Below are positions 13,796-29,030 of a stretch of DNA of 64,000 nt, piece by piece. Below the pieces are notes generated by a model. The model saw only the letters and a list, made by a program, of their open reading frames with translations. It was not told where the DNA came from and did no database searches. Within the stretch, counting starts at the first letter, position 1. Each line of letters begins with the position of its first letter. Origin of the DNA: the human T2T-CHM13v2.0 reference genome, Homo sapiens; the NCBI RefSeq assembly GCF_009914755.1, contig NC_060947.1, one strand, 5' to 3'. A program made the position numbers and the translations under genes.

Positions 13796-16700
13796 TAGTT
13801 AGCCCTTTATCAGATATGCAGCTAGCAAATATTTTCTCTCATTTTTGTAAATTGCCTTTTCATTTTGATTGCTTGCTGTACAGAAGCTTTTTAGTTTTAT
13901 GTAATCTCACTGTGTTTTTGCTTTTGCTGCTTATGCTTTTGGTGTCATATCCAAGAAATCATTGCCCAGACCAATACCATGATGCTTTTCCCCTTTGTTT
14001 TCTTCAAGGAGTTTTGTAGGTTTAGGTCTTACGTTTAAATCTTTAACCCATTTTTAGTTGATTTTTATATATAATGTGGGATGAAGGTCCAATTTCATTC
14101 TTTTGCATGTCCATATCCAATTTTCCCACTACCATTTGTTGAAGAGACTTTCCTTTTCTCATTCTGTGTTCTTGGCACCCCATACAAAGATCAGTTGACC
14201 ATATATGCATGGATATATTTCTAGGCTCTCTATTCTGTTTCCTTGGTCTACATGTCTGTTTTTATGTCAGTCCCATATTTTTTAAATTGCTGAAGGTTTG
14301 TAATATATTTTAAAATAAGGAAGTGTGGCGAATCCAGCTATGTTCTTCTTTCTCAAGATTTCTTTGGCTATTCATGCTCTTTTGTAGTTATGAATTTTAC
14401 GATGGGTTTTTCTATTTCTCTGAAAACTGCCATTGGGACATTTAAAGGGATTGCATTGAATCTATAGATTATCTTAAGTAGTATGGACATTTTAACAATA
14501 TTAAGTCTTTCATTGAATATCTTTTCATTTATATATGTTGTCTTTAATTTGTTTCATCAACGTTATGTAGTTTTCGCCGTACAAGTCTTTCACCTCCTTG
14601 GTTAAATGTATTCCTAAGTATTTCATTCTTTGTGATACTATGCAAATGGGATTGCTTTCTCAGTTTTGTTTTCAGTACTTTATTGTTAATGTACAGAAAT
14701 GCAATTGATTTTTGTATGTTGATTTTGTATCGTGCAACTTTGCTGAATTTTTTAATTAGTTTTAACAGTTTTTTGTGGAATATTTAGGGTTTTCTCTATG
14801 TAAGATCACGTGTCGGCAAACAGAGATAGTTTTACTTCTTTTTTTTTTCCTCCCAATTTTAATGTCTTTTATTTTTCTTTTTCTTGTCTAGTTGCTCCAG
14901 CTAGAGCTTCCAGTACTATCTTGAATATAAATGGTGAGGGTGGGCATTCTTTCCATTTCCTGATATGAGAAGAAAAACTTTGTGTTTTATCATTAGTTTG
15001 ATATTAGCAGTGGGCTTTTCATATATGGCCTTAATTGTGTTGAGGTAAATTCCTTGTATGTCTAATTTATTGATAGTGTTTATCGTGGAAAGGTGTTGAA
15101 TTTTTTCAAATGCTTTTTCTGCATCTATTGGGATGATTGTGTGATTTTTATCCTTCATTCTATTAATGTGGTGTAGCACATTAATTGATTTGCATATGTT
15201 CAAGCCATCCTCACATATTAGGGATAAGTCCCATTTGATCATGATGTATGATTTTTTAGAACTTAGTGTTGAATTCGGTTTGCTAATATTTTCTTGGGAA
15301 TTTTCACATCTGTTTTCATCGAAGATACTGGTCTGTAGTTTTCTTGTAGTGTCTGTGACTTTGTATTAGGGTAATACTGGCTTGATTGAATGAGTTTCGA
15401 AGTCTACTCTCTTAAAGTCTTTAAAAAGTGTTGGGGTTAATTCTTCATTAAATATTTGATAAAATTCACCACTGACACCATCTAATGCTGGATTTTTCTT
15501 TTTGCAGAGGGTTTTGATTACTGATTCAGTCTCCTTGTTTGTTATTGGTCTGTTTAGATTTTCCATTTCATCATGATTTACCCTTGGTAGGTTGTATATT
15601 TCTGTGAATATAACCATTGCTTCGAGATTATCCAATTTGTTGGTGTATAATTCTTCATAGTAGTCTCTTCTGATCCTGTTTATTTCTGTGGCATCAGTTC
15701 TAATGTCTCATCTTTCATTTCTGATTTTGAATCTTTTTTTTTTTTTTAGTATAAGGATTTTTCCATTTTGTTTATATTTTCAGAAAAAAACAATTTTCTG
15801 TTTCACTGATTTTTTTTCTACTGCTTTTCTGTTCTCTATTTCATTTATTTTGACTCTAGTCTTTGTTATTTCCTTGCTTCTGCTAATGTTGGGCTTCTCC
15901 TAAATTTGTTCTTTTTCTGGCTCCTTGAGGTATAACATTAGATTGTTTATTTGAGATCTTTCTACTTTTTTAATGTAGGCATTTTATCACCATAAATATC
16001 CCTCTTAGAATTGCTTTTGCTCTATCTCGTAAGTTTTGTTATGTTGTATTTTCATTTTTGCATGTCTTAAGATATTTTCTAATTTTTTTTTTAATTTCTT
16101 CATTGGCCCATTGGTTTTTAAAGAGTGTGTTGTTTCATTTCCACATATTTGTAAATTATCCAATTTTCCTTCTGCTATTAATTTCTAGTTTCATTCCACT
16201 ATAGTCAGAAAAGATACTGTGTAGGATTTCAGTCTTAAATTCGTTGAGACTTTTTTTGTGACTTAACACGTGATATATTCTGGAGAATGTTCCATGTGTG
16301 CATGAGAAGAATGTGTATTTCACAACTGTTGGTTGAAATGTCTTCTGTATGTCTTTTAGTTCCTCTTGCTCTTAGTGTTGTTCAAGTCTATTGTTTCCTT
16401 ATTGATTTTTTTTTTTGCCTGGATGTTCTATTCATTATCAAAAGTGGGATATGAATTATCTTACCAATACCATAGTGCTGTCTGTTTCCTACTTCAGATC
16501 TGTCAGTGTTTACTTTGTATATTTAGATGCTCTAATATTTGGTGTATATATGGATTTATAATTGTTATATCTTCCTGATGAATTGCTTTCATTATTATGT
16601 AATGACCTTTTTCGCCTCTATGTCGGTTTTTGACTTATAGTCTATTTTGTGTCACATAAAGTATAGCCACTCCTGCTCTCTTTTGGTTACCATTTGTGTG

Positions 16701-16838
16701 GAATATCTTTTTCTGTCTCTTTACTTTCAGGCTATGTGTGTCCTCAAAGCTAAGTGTTGTCTCTTATAGGTAGCATATAATTAGATATTGTTTATTTATC
16801 TATTCTGCCACTCTGTGTCTTTTGTTTGGGGAGTTTAA

Positions 16839-17140
<302 letters not shown>

Positions 17141-17602
17141 TCCATTTACATTTCAAGTAATTATTGATAGGGAAGGACTTACTATTGCCCTTTTGTTGAT
17201 TGTTTTCTGTTTCATAGTCTTTTTGTCCCTGTTTTCCTCTCTTGCTATCTTCTTTTGTGATTTGTTGATTTTTTGTAGTGATATGCTTTGGTTCCTTCTT
17301 CTATTTCTTTTGTGTATCTTCTATAGTTAATTTCTTTATGATTACCATGAAGCTTGCATAGATTGTCTTACAGTTACAGCAGTTCTATATTAAGCTGCTG
17401 ACCACTTAACTGCACTCACATACAAAAACCTTCCACTTTTACTTCTCCCTCACCATACTCTGTTATTGATGTCATAGTTTAAATCTTTTTATATTGTGTA
17501 TCCATTAACAAATTTGTGTAGTTATAATCTTAATATTTTTGTCTTTTAACTTTAATAGTAGAGTTTAAAGTTATTTACAGTCCACCATTATTGTAGTATC
17601 CG

Positions 17603-17874
17603 GGCTGGGCACAGTGGCTTCTAATCCCAGCACTTCAGGAGGCCAAAGTGGGCAAATTCATTGAGTCTAGGAATTCAAGACCAGCCTGGGCAACATGGCA
17701 AAACCCTGTCTCTATTAAAAATGCAAAAAATTAGCCAGGCATGGTGGTGCACAATTATATTCCCAGCTTCTCAGGAAGCTGAGGTGGGAGAATCAGCCGA
17801 GGCTGCAGTGAGCTGTGATCATGCCACTGCAGTCTAGCCTAGGCAATAGGAATGAGACCCTGTCTCAAAAAAAA
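17603..17874 (+). mobile_element. AluJ with internal deletions
   Basis: GCCTGGGCAACATGGCAAAACCC, GAGGCTGCAGTGAGCTGTGATC, GAGACCCTGTCTC (J diagnostics). Confidence 0.88.
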
Positions 17875-18601
17875 TTATCTATGTCTATATCTATATTATA
17901 TATATATAGTATTCTGTGTTTGTCTGTATGCTTGCCCATACCAGTGTGTTGTATTCTTTCATATGCTTTTGTGTTACTGTTTTAGCATCTGTTCATTTCT
18001 ACTGGAAGAACTCCCGTTAGCATCATGTCTAGTGGTGATGAACTCCCGTGCCTTTTGTTTGGAAAAGTCTTTATCTCACCTTCACTTTTGAAGGACAATT
18101 TTGCCAGATATAGTATTCTTGATTGGCATTTTTTTTTCTTTCAACACTTTGAATATTATAAGCTCACTGCCTTCTGGTCTGCAAGGTTTCTGCTAAGAAA
18201 TCCACTGATAGTCTTATTGAGGACTCACTTTACATCACGAGTCACTTTTCTCTTGCTCCTTTAAAATTTTTCTTTGACTTTGTGCAATTTGATTATATTG
18301 TATCTCAGTGTAGACTTCTTTGGGTTTGTCTAATTTGGCATTCTTTGGGCTTCATGAATCTGGATATCCATTTCCTTGCCCAGATTTGAAATGTTTTCCT
18401 CCATGAGTTCTTTATATAAGCTTTTTCCCCTGACTATCTCTCTTCTCCTTTGAGATTCCCATAATGAATGTATTGGTCTGCTTGATGATGTTCAGTAAGT
18501 AGCTTAGGCTTTCTTCATTCTTTATCATTCTTTGCTTTTTGCTCCTCTGGCTACATAATTTGGATGACTTGTCTTCAGTTTCACTGATTCCTTCTGCTTA
18601 A

Positions 18602-19039
<438 letters not shown>

Positions 19040-19042
19040 TAG

Positions 19043-19870
<828 letters not shown>

Positions 19871-21606
19871 TCACTGAGCTTCCTTAAGATGATTATTTTG
19901 AAATCTTTGTTAGCCTATTCATAGATCTCCATTTCTTTAGAGTTGTGTATTACGATTTAATTTGTTCCTTTAGTGTAATGTTTCACTGATTTTTCTTGTT
20001 TCTTATACTTTTGCACTGGTGTCTGCACATTTGAGGAAGCAGCCACCCTTCCCATTCTTTCTGGACTTGTTTAGACATGGAAAGAGCTTAACCAATTCAC
20101 TAGGCTAGAGATTCTAGGAGCCTCTCAAACCTTTTCTATGAATGTGTCTTCTCTGGATTTGTGTGGGAGGATTCCTAATTAGATGGATTTACCCCTAGCA
20201 CAATTCATAGAGCCATGCTAATGTCTTCTGAGGCAGGACAGAATCCAGCCCGACCCTGGTGGTTCACTGAGGCCAGATTGTTGGGAACATGTTCCATTTC
20301 TCTCCTATCACAGTGGAAGAAGCATCAGGCTCTGTGCCTTCTCTCAATCTTGTAGAGCTATGCTCACCACAGTAAGCTGCCTGCCCTTTTTCCTTTGTTC
20401 TTAATTGCCCTGAAACATCCAAGCTATTTCTTTTCTATCAGTGTCCCATGTGAGGTGAGATAGAAACTAGCCCTTCAGGCAGTGCACCAAAAGGCTGGTA
20501 CATTGGAAGCATTCTCTACTCTGTATTTTCCCCTGAGAAAGAAACTGTGGGCCAAAGTGATATTTTTCAGTGCTGAGCTGTGATGGCTTGGGGGAAGGGG
20601 CTAATACTAGTAAAGTGAAATTGCTCCTTACTCATTTCAGTAGAGTTTTTTCAGTTTTGTGTTTCTCTGGTGTACTGCAACCTCTTAAAAGGATTCTGGT
20701 CTTCTCATAAAGGTATTGTGGTCTACATTGTTAAGTTGGTGTTTCTATGGGAGAACAAGAGATGGAACTTTCTATTTCACCATTTTGATGATATCAGCAA
20801 GCTATTATTTAAATGAGAAGTTTCCTTTACTTAGATGAGCAATATAATTTAATGCAAGTTTGTCTATGGATTTCTCCTTGAGTGACTACATTACAAAAGG
20901 CCATCTGGAATTCCCTTTCTACACATCACTGTTAAAGCAAAAAACTATATTTAAGTGGTACCAAGGTATCAGGATTCCCTGCAGACAGTTTGAGATCTAA
21001 TATAAAATCAAAAACCCCTTATAGGCCACTGGTCTAAATGATGACAGTAAAAAATTCCCAAGACTATTAAGTTTTATTAATGAATATGATGGAAAATAAG
21101 ATCTTGGAATGTGAATTAAATGTTTTTAAGGTGATGAGTGGGTAAGAAAGAGAGGTGATAAAAGTTTTTGAAAACTTGTTTTCAAAGCAATACTATTACA
21201 TATTAAATATACAGTTTAAACTTTTCTCATCCTGCTGACAAATACATACCTGAGCCAAGATTACTGTTTTGTTTCATTTTAACCATTCCCCTACATGGTA
21301 ATATCTATAGTGAATGACCATTTCTGGAGAGTTTTACTTTGATATGTTAGCACATCATTACCTGTTAGGTAGCCCCAAAATGTAAATAAATTATACCTCA
21401 TTCCATATTGTCAAAACATAGAAACAGCAACAAAGATACCTAAATGAAAGAAGCTGTGATTGTTTTTCAAAACCAAAGAAGAGAAGTGTAAGAAAAGCAT
21501 TGAATTTAAGGGGCAGAAACTATCCCAGAAAGTTACTGCTAGAATTCAAATACTAAAGAAAGTAATAGAATTATACCTTTATAAAGATCAAGGGTAACAA
21601 ATTTGA

Positions 21607-21957
<351 letters not shown>

Positions 21958-22102
21958 TAAAAAAAAAGAAAACATAAGCATGCTTTAGTTTTCCATCTTC
22001 ACATTAGGTAACACAATGAATGAATGAATATAGTTATTTTCTAATACTCTCACACAGATTGGTTCTTCCATGGGTAAATAGTTCTCTGTAGCCCTGAATT
22101 AG

Positions 22103-22288
<186 letters not shown>

Positions 22289-22973
22289 TGAATTAGATTT
22301 TGATTGATGAAAAGGGAGATAATAATTCCAATAATCTTATGTTCCATAAATGAAATTTTAAAACTGATACATTTTTATATTTAAAAACTTCAAAATAAAT
22401 AGAAAAATACAACTTTGAGTTGTAGTTTTTTTTAGTGGTCAATCTGATGAGCTTGGGCCCGTATAAGGTATGTTGGACAAGAAAACACTATCCTAATCAA
22501 TGTTGACTTAACTGAATTCATTCAGATAAGTGGAAATATTGTTAGATTTGTTGACTGGAAGGAAGTCTGAGTTTGATTAGTCCAAAGGTGATTTGAGGAA
22601 AGGTGGTAAGCTGAACATGACCTCCCCTGAGTATTACTGAAAGGAAGGAGAATTTGAACCAAATTTTAAGATTTGGCCAGGACCAAATAAGATATCATTG
22701 CAGAAAATCTGTGCTATATGTCAATGACCCTTCAGAAAATAAAAAGTAAAGATAAAATGGAGTTGGCACTCCATCTCTGGCCTGTGTGTGCTGCCCCCAC
22801 CCCCACGCCTCCCTTCTGTCTCTCAAGTTTTGAGATCACCCCTGTTAACCTCCTCTTCTCTTCCCTGGCTCAGCCAATTTGTAAGCTCTGATCACATTTT
22901 TTTTTTTTTTTACCACATTCTCTTTGTACCCTATCTTTTGCTTTCTTATAGTTGCTTAATATTGTGTAACGGA

Positions 22974-23335
22974 GGCCAGGCACAGTGGCTCATGTCTGTA
23001 ATCCCAGCACTTTAGGAGGCCGAGTTTGGCGGATTACTTGAGGTTAGGAGTTACAGACCAGCCTGGCCAACATGATGAAACCCCATCTCTACTAAGAATA
23101 CAAAAATTAGCGAGGTATATTGGCACATGGCTTTAATCCCAGCTACTTGGGAGGCTGCAGCAGGAGAATTGCTTGAACCCGGGAGTTGGAGGTTGCAGTG
23201 AGCCAATATCATGCCACTGGTATATTGGAAGCATTCTCTACTCTGTCTTTTCCCCTAAGAAAGAAATTGCGGGCCAAAGTGTGTAAGGGAAGGGTTAAAA
23301 TGAGTGAGTGAGTCTCTCTCTCTATATGTATATAT
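22974..23335 (+). mobile_element. AluS with a non-Alu insert near its 3' end
   Basis: Alu to ...ATGCCACTG (23219), then sequence matching 20495-20559, then GAGTGAGTCTCTCTC resembling the Alu 3' end. Confidence 0.9.
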
Positions 23336-24112
23336 ATATCATATAACAGTCTTTTTCTAATTCCAAGGAATAGAGGCATGCTAAAGTTTTTAAAGGTAAT
23401 ATAGGGTTAAGAAAATATGAGGAAGAAATATCACAGTGGTCTCCCAGCCATGGCTCATCAAAACTAGAATGTTCTGACTACAACAGTGGCTCTGGAAGTC
23501 TGACAGCACCTCTGACATATTGACCACCCTGCTGGTAGTCTTCCTTTAGGAGCAGGTTTGTGCTTGATTCCAGTTGTAACTTACTAATCCTTCTATTCTT
23601 ATGATTTGCCATTATGGTGTCTCAGCTACTGCATTTTTATTTTTCTGTCCATCTAATTCTTCTTTTATTTCCTTAACAATGAATGAACTCTCTGTTCTCC
23701 TTTCTATATCAGGGTATCTGCTTATTTATGGTTTCTACTGCCATGTGGCTTTTAACATCCTCTCTCTCTTAGCTTCTGCTTCTGCCTAACATACATATCC
23801 GTTTCTGCATGTGTCTCATTAAGTTACCCCAAGAAAAATTTGGTTTGTTTGGTTCAGAGCAGAGATTTTCTGCTGGAAAAATCTCTCATGGCAATCTATA
23901 GATAGTTTTCTTTGGTACGTACTCATTATCTAATCTCTTATGATTGGGGTCATACGAAACCAAACATTGTGACCTATATGTAAAGTACCTCTTTAGCAGG
24001 AGACTCTAAGGTATCTCAGAAGAGAGTAGTACAACAGAGATATTATTTACAGAATATTCTGTATATTGAGCCCTTACATCAGGAGACTTGAGGTACTAGA
24101 TGTTTACTTTTA

Positions 24113-24290
24113 CTATATATCATTGAATCAAAGATAGTATCAATCATAAGATATTACATTAATTTATTTACCATTGAGAAAGGAAAAGATGCTGCCAATG
24201 AAATCACAGCACACCAATGATTGTTAGATGCATCTCAGTCTCAGAGATGTTAAAATGTGAAAAAAGTACATTTTTAAAAGATGTAATGTG
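24113..24290 (-). mobile_element. MER104-like (TcMar-Tc2) DNA transposon relic
   Basis: GATGCATCTCAGTCTCAGAGATGTTAAAATGTGAAAAAAG matches remembered MER104/Kanga terminus; ~180 bp. Confidence 0.6.
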
Positions 24291-24861
24291 GTGTCAGTAG
24301 CATATCTGAGATTGTCTGAGGATCAAAGCAGGTATAGTGAACCCCCAGAGAAGTTCCCTGAGGACTGACTCCTAGAGTGGGGTAAATGCTAAAGGTTACA
24401 GGTTGGATTACTAATCTGACAGACCAGAGGGTAGTGTCTAGAGACTAGATAGCCAGCTATCTGTCTGCAAGTGGAGAGGAGGCCAGTCACTGGTCCAGAG
24501 TGTGGTTTGCCTCAGGGACTTGGCAGATATCAGAAGGTAGATCCAAGGAGAAGGTGAATTATTCCTGTATTGATTTAAATGACATGAATATATTGGGAAT
24601 TTCTGTTTCTCTTAATTCCTCATTTGTGTTCTGGGATCAATTCAGTTGTGTCTCTTATCTTCTAGAATATCTCCTTGTTTATTACTTGTACATTAACTAT
24701 ATCTCTGGATGTAGGGTCATTTTATAAACCAAATGCTGTATTTTGTCCATGAGGCACCTAAAATAGCACAGCCAGGGATAGCTAAGCTTACAGTTGTGAT
24801 ACATTAATGAATAACCTCTGGTTGTTGACTCCCTTTTTGTTATTGGGAGAGTTAATGTAGC

Positions 24862-25230
24862 TTTTTTCAAATTTTTAGATTCAGCGGGTACATGTGCAGG
24901 TTTGTTGCATAGGTATATTGAATGGTGAGATTTGGGCTTCTAGTGTACTTGTCACTCAAATAGTGACCATTGTACTTAATAGATTTGGAGATTTCTCAGA
25001 GAACTAAAAATAGACCTACCATTCAGCCCTGCAGTCCCACTATTGGGCATCTACCCAAAGGGAAAGAAATCATTCTATGAAAAAGACACCTGTACTCATA
25101 TGTTTATTGCAGTACTACTCACAATAGCAAAGTCATGGAATCAACCTAAATATCCATCAACAGTTGATTGGATAAAGAAAATATGGTATATGTACACCAT
25201 GGAATACTATGCAGCCATAAAAAAGATAAC
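24862..25230 (-). mobile_element. 5'-inverted, truncated L1 (L1PA15-16/L1PB-like)
   Basis: 24862-24982 is an antisense L1 3' end; 24983-25230 is a sense ORF2 C-terminus (track 25043-25282 GIYPKGKKSFYEKDTCTHMFIA...). Confidence 0.85.
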
Positions 25231-26210
25231 TTTAATTATAATTATGAATCAACATGTCTTTCTTTCCATTTCTACTATGTAAATAGAGCAGAAATCCCAC
25301 ATTAATGTGATTAGCATAGAAGAAAGTCCTCACTGAATTCCCCTTGCTCTCTTACCAACTGGCTGGACATGGCATAGGTGGTTATCTAAGAATACTCCCA
25401 TGAATCTTCACAGCATTCAGAGATCAGTTTACTCTGGGTTTGTTAGATATGCGATATGGGCTAGCTGTTTGTTAGAACCACATTTCCCAATGTGTTTCCA
25501 CTGAACACTTATTTTTTCTGATGTTGCTACATGTCTTGTGTAAAAAGCATTGGGTAAAAGTGCTGGGTAAGTTAAAGGGCTCTGATAACTCTATATAATG
25601 TATGTAGATTTCTGGCTGAATCTTTGGGTGTTTACTGCTCATGGGTTCCACTGCTATTACAGCCCAACACAGCTGGTATGATTTGCAGGTTGGTCTCTTG
25701 GGGCCCTTTCACCTTCTGAGCTCTGAAAGCCTAAGATAAGCAATTTTTCCTTTGTCCTTCAAGATGACTGTGGTCTCAGCTTAGACTCAAGAGAACTCGT
25801 TTGAAATTGAACAAGAGCAAGCCTAGCTCAAGAGGATAGCAAAGTGCCTAGTTTTATTTGTCACTGCACTAGAAACTTCCTAAGGAATAATTTTTAAAAG
25901 GGGGCCAGTTTTGTTTCTGAGACTCAACTAGACTTTCACTCATGCTCTGGGGGAAGGAATTCAAGTCTCCAACATTGTCCTTATTGTACACCTGTAGGGC
26001 CAGACTGATTATCCTAAATTTTACATAGCCTAAGAATGAGCTTAGATTTCAAAATAAAAAGCTTTCTCTGCTTTTGCGTAGAACATTTCTATCTATTATT
26101 TCAGTTAATTTATCCTTGTTATCAATATTGAAGTACCGCTTGCTATACATATTCTAGACATGGGTAACAATGTCTAGAAGTACACTCTGATTTCACAACA
26201 GCCATTCAAG

Positions 26211-26213
<3 letters not shown>

Positions 26214-26255
<42 letters not shown>
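26214..26255. repeat. (TA)n microsatellite
   Basis: About 21 perfect TA units. Confidence 0.97.
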
Positions 26256-26257
<2 letters not shown>

Positions 26258-27197
26258 TTGCAAGTGCATTCTAGGGCTGCTGGGACATGTGTTCTTAAAT
26301 CCTCCTTTGCCAGTTCTCCAAATATGCCAAATTGTTTTGAAATGGCATTCTTGTCTTGTCTTGTTGAATCTACACTTCTATTCCTTCCTTTTGCTTTTTA
26401 TTCCAACCTTCCATTTTCTATCCTTTAATTAAAAAGATGGCTAATATATGGGAGATGTTGTAGTCCGTTGTTGTCTAAAATGAATTTAGCAGACACTCCC
26501 CCACCATTCCCCCTCCCCAAGTTCAGCATCAGGAATAAAAGTCTCATCAGTCCTTTTGGCAGCATTTAAGTGAATGGCCCCCAGTGGCTTTATGCTTGCT
26601 AATTTGAGTACTCTTTTTACGTACAGAGCTAGTCAGATTGACAGACCACACTGTACGAAGATATATACTAGTCTTTGAGTCATAGATTTTGTAAATAAAC
26701 TGAGAACAGTGGCTGAAAATCAGATTACCTGAAAGTCTGGAAGGAAAAAGGCATAGAATGACCTCATCTAGTCTCTTTTCAAAAGCACTATATATATTTC
26801 AAATTTTAGAGTTTCTAGAGACAATTAGCAGGCAGTAGTTGCAAGAATAGGCAGAACCCCTGTGAGATGTATAAGCTGTATGATCTTCATTAACTTATAT
26901 CTAAAAGTTTAACAAACATATACTGACATTATTTTTAAAAGACAAGTATGTTAAGGAATTTGTCTTCTACATAGTGACAGGTATCAAAGTGAAGAATATG
27001 GCCTTTTGTTTTTTTCTTACTATATACTAAAATGTTGCTTTATATTAAAAGATCGTAATTTATTTCCATGAATCAAATTCTGTACTTAAAACTGACTTCT
27101 GTTTATTTATATACTGTTGTGTGATAGAAATTCTCTTGGGGGAGGCAATAGAAATATTACATGCCTTTTAATAAAGCGGGCTTTTAAAATAATTTAA

Positions 27198-27570
<373 letters not shown>

Positions 27571-28594
27571 TAAATAGAGCTCTCCAAATAATGTCTGTTT
27601 TGTATTGAAATGAATGAATTCATGAACTTGCTTTCTTCGCAGCATGAGGGACTAACAGCTAGAATAAAAATAATCAACCTAATATTTCTTGTTGCTGGAA
27701 AATAATTATGAGAATATTACACAGAGGAAGCCATGCTTAAAATAAAGGCTTCATATTGCATTTAAAACTCAGGCGGGACTTTCAAGGATTCTGTTTAGTA
27801 GAATAATATATTGATGAACCCTTGGAGAACCAATTATGTTGTTTCACATGAATTACAAATGCATCATTTAGCTGTATTATAGTCTTACATGTGTCCTTTA
27901 CAATTAATCACCATTAAATGTTAGAAATGTAAAATTTAAGAGGCAAAGAAAGCATACTTCTTTAACAAAGTGGCCCAAACAAATACCAGTATTTTAATTT
28001 GAGGTCTGTAACAGGTCTACAGATTTTATTTTCTCATTTTGCAAGATCAGTGTATGAATCTGAGTTCTTTTAATAGATTTTTCTTGCAAAATCTTATTGT
28101 TAATTGCAAATGTAAGTTGTGACAGTAATTTTTAGTATACCACTTTAGACTTACTTCTGGAATTTGAGCAACAGAAACATATTATTAGAACTTTTTATTA
28201 TTTCTGTAGCTATCTTTTCAAATATTTCCAAAACGTATGGCTTTTTAAGCCTTTGCCTCTGCAAGTCACAATTTCAAGTAGGCGCTGAAATTCTAGTAAC
28301 GTGAGCAGTGCAACAGTACATTGAGTCTTACCAGTAAGTTTTAGTGAATTATTTAGGAAGTGAACGTTGATTCCCTTATGAGTCAGTCCAGCCTCTTTCT
28401 GAAAATAGTGTTGTTCCCATTATGTGTACCATTTTGCAGGAAAATATTGTATTCCAAGGAACTGGGTGTTATCAGTAATTAAGTAGGCAGAACCCATAGA
28501 TATTGAATAGTTTAAGTTGTAAATGTGATAAACTTCTATAATACAAATATTTGTGGACAGAAAATGCTGTGAGATATGGAAGCACAAAGTAGAA

Positions 28595-28720
28595 GTAGCA
28601 TTTATGAACTGTTACTAAGTTCCAGACATTTTACTAAGTGCTGAGGATACTGAGATAAATAAGAAATAATCCCTTTCCTCGGGAAATTATACCAGTGGTA
28701 GAAATACTCCAAAGGGCCAA
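28595..28720 (-). mobile_element. L2 3'-end fragment
   Basis: CATTTATGAAC...TACTAAGTGCTGAGGATACTGAGATAAATAAGA. Confidence 0.6.
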
Positions 28721-28859
28721 CAGTGAAGGAATCACAATGAATTGACATATTATGTACTAAATAGATCTGCTCACATCCTGAGGTCTCCAGGCAAGGTTTA
28801 CATGCACTTGAACTGCCCTGCATAATTGCTATTCTGCTGACAAAAGTATAGGTGTGGTA

Positions 28860-29030
28860 TGGTAGAGCTCAAAGGACTCTGAGAAGTCATATAGTCCAAA
28901 TCCTTCATTTTCCAGAAGAGGAGAACCAGGCCCAGAGAGGGTGAAGGGATTTTCTCCAGGTCATGTAGCAAACTAACGACAGTTGGGACTATAATGCAGA
29001 TTTCTTGATCCTCAGTCCAATCTTTCAAGT
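28860..29030 (-). mobile_element. MIR/MIR3
   Basis: TAGTCCAAATCCTTCATTTTCCAGAAGAGGAGAACCAGGCCCAGAGAGGGTGAAG. Confidence 0.8.

Noticed and set aside
26152-26179. Perfect 10-bp hairpin TTCTAGACAT-N8-ATGTCTAGAA
   Set aside because: Too short for a pre-miRNA or MITE; plausible by chance in 64 kb.
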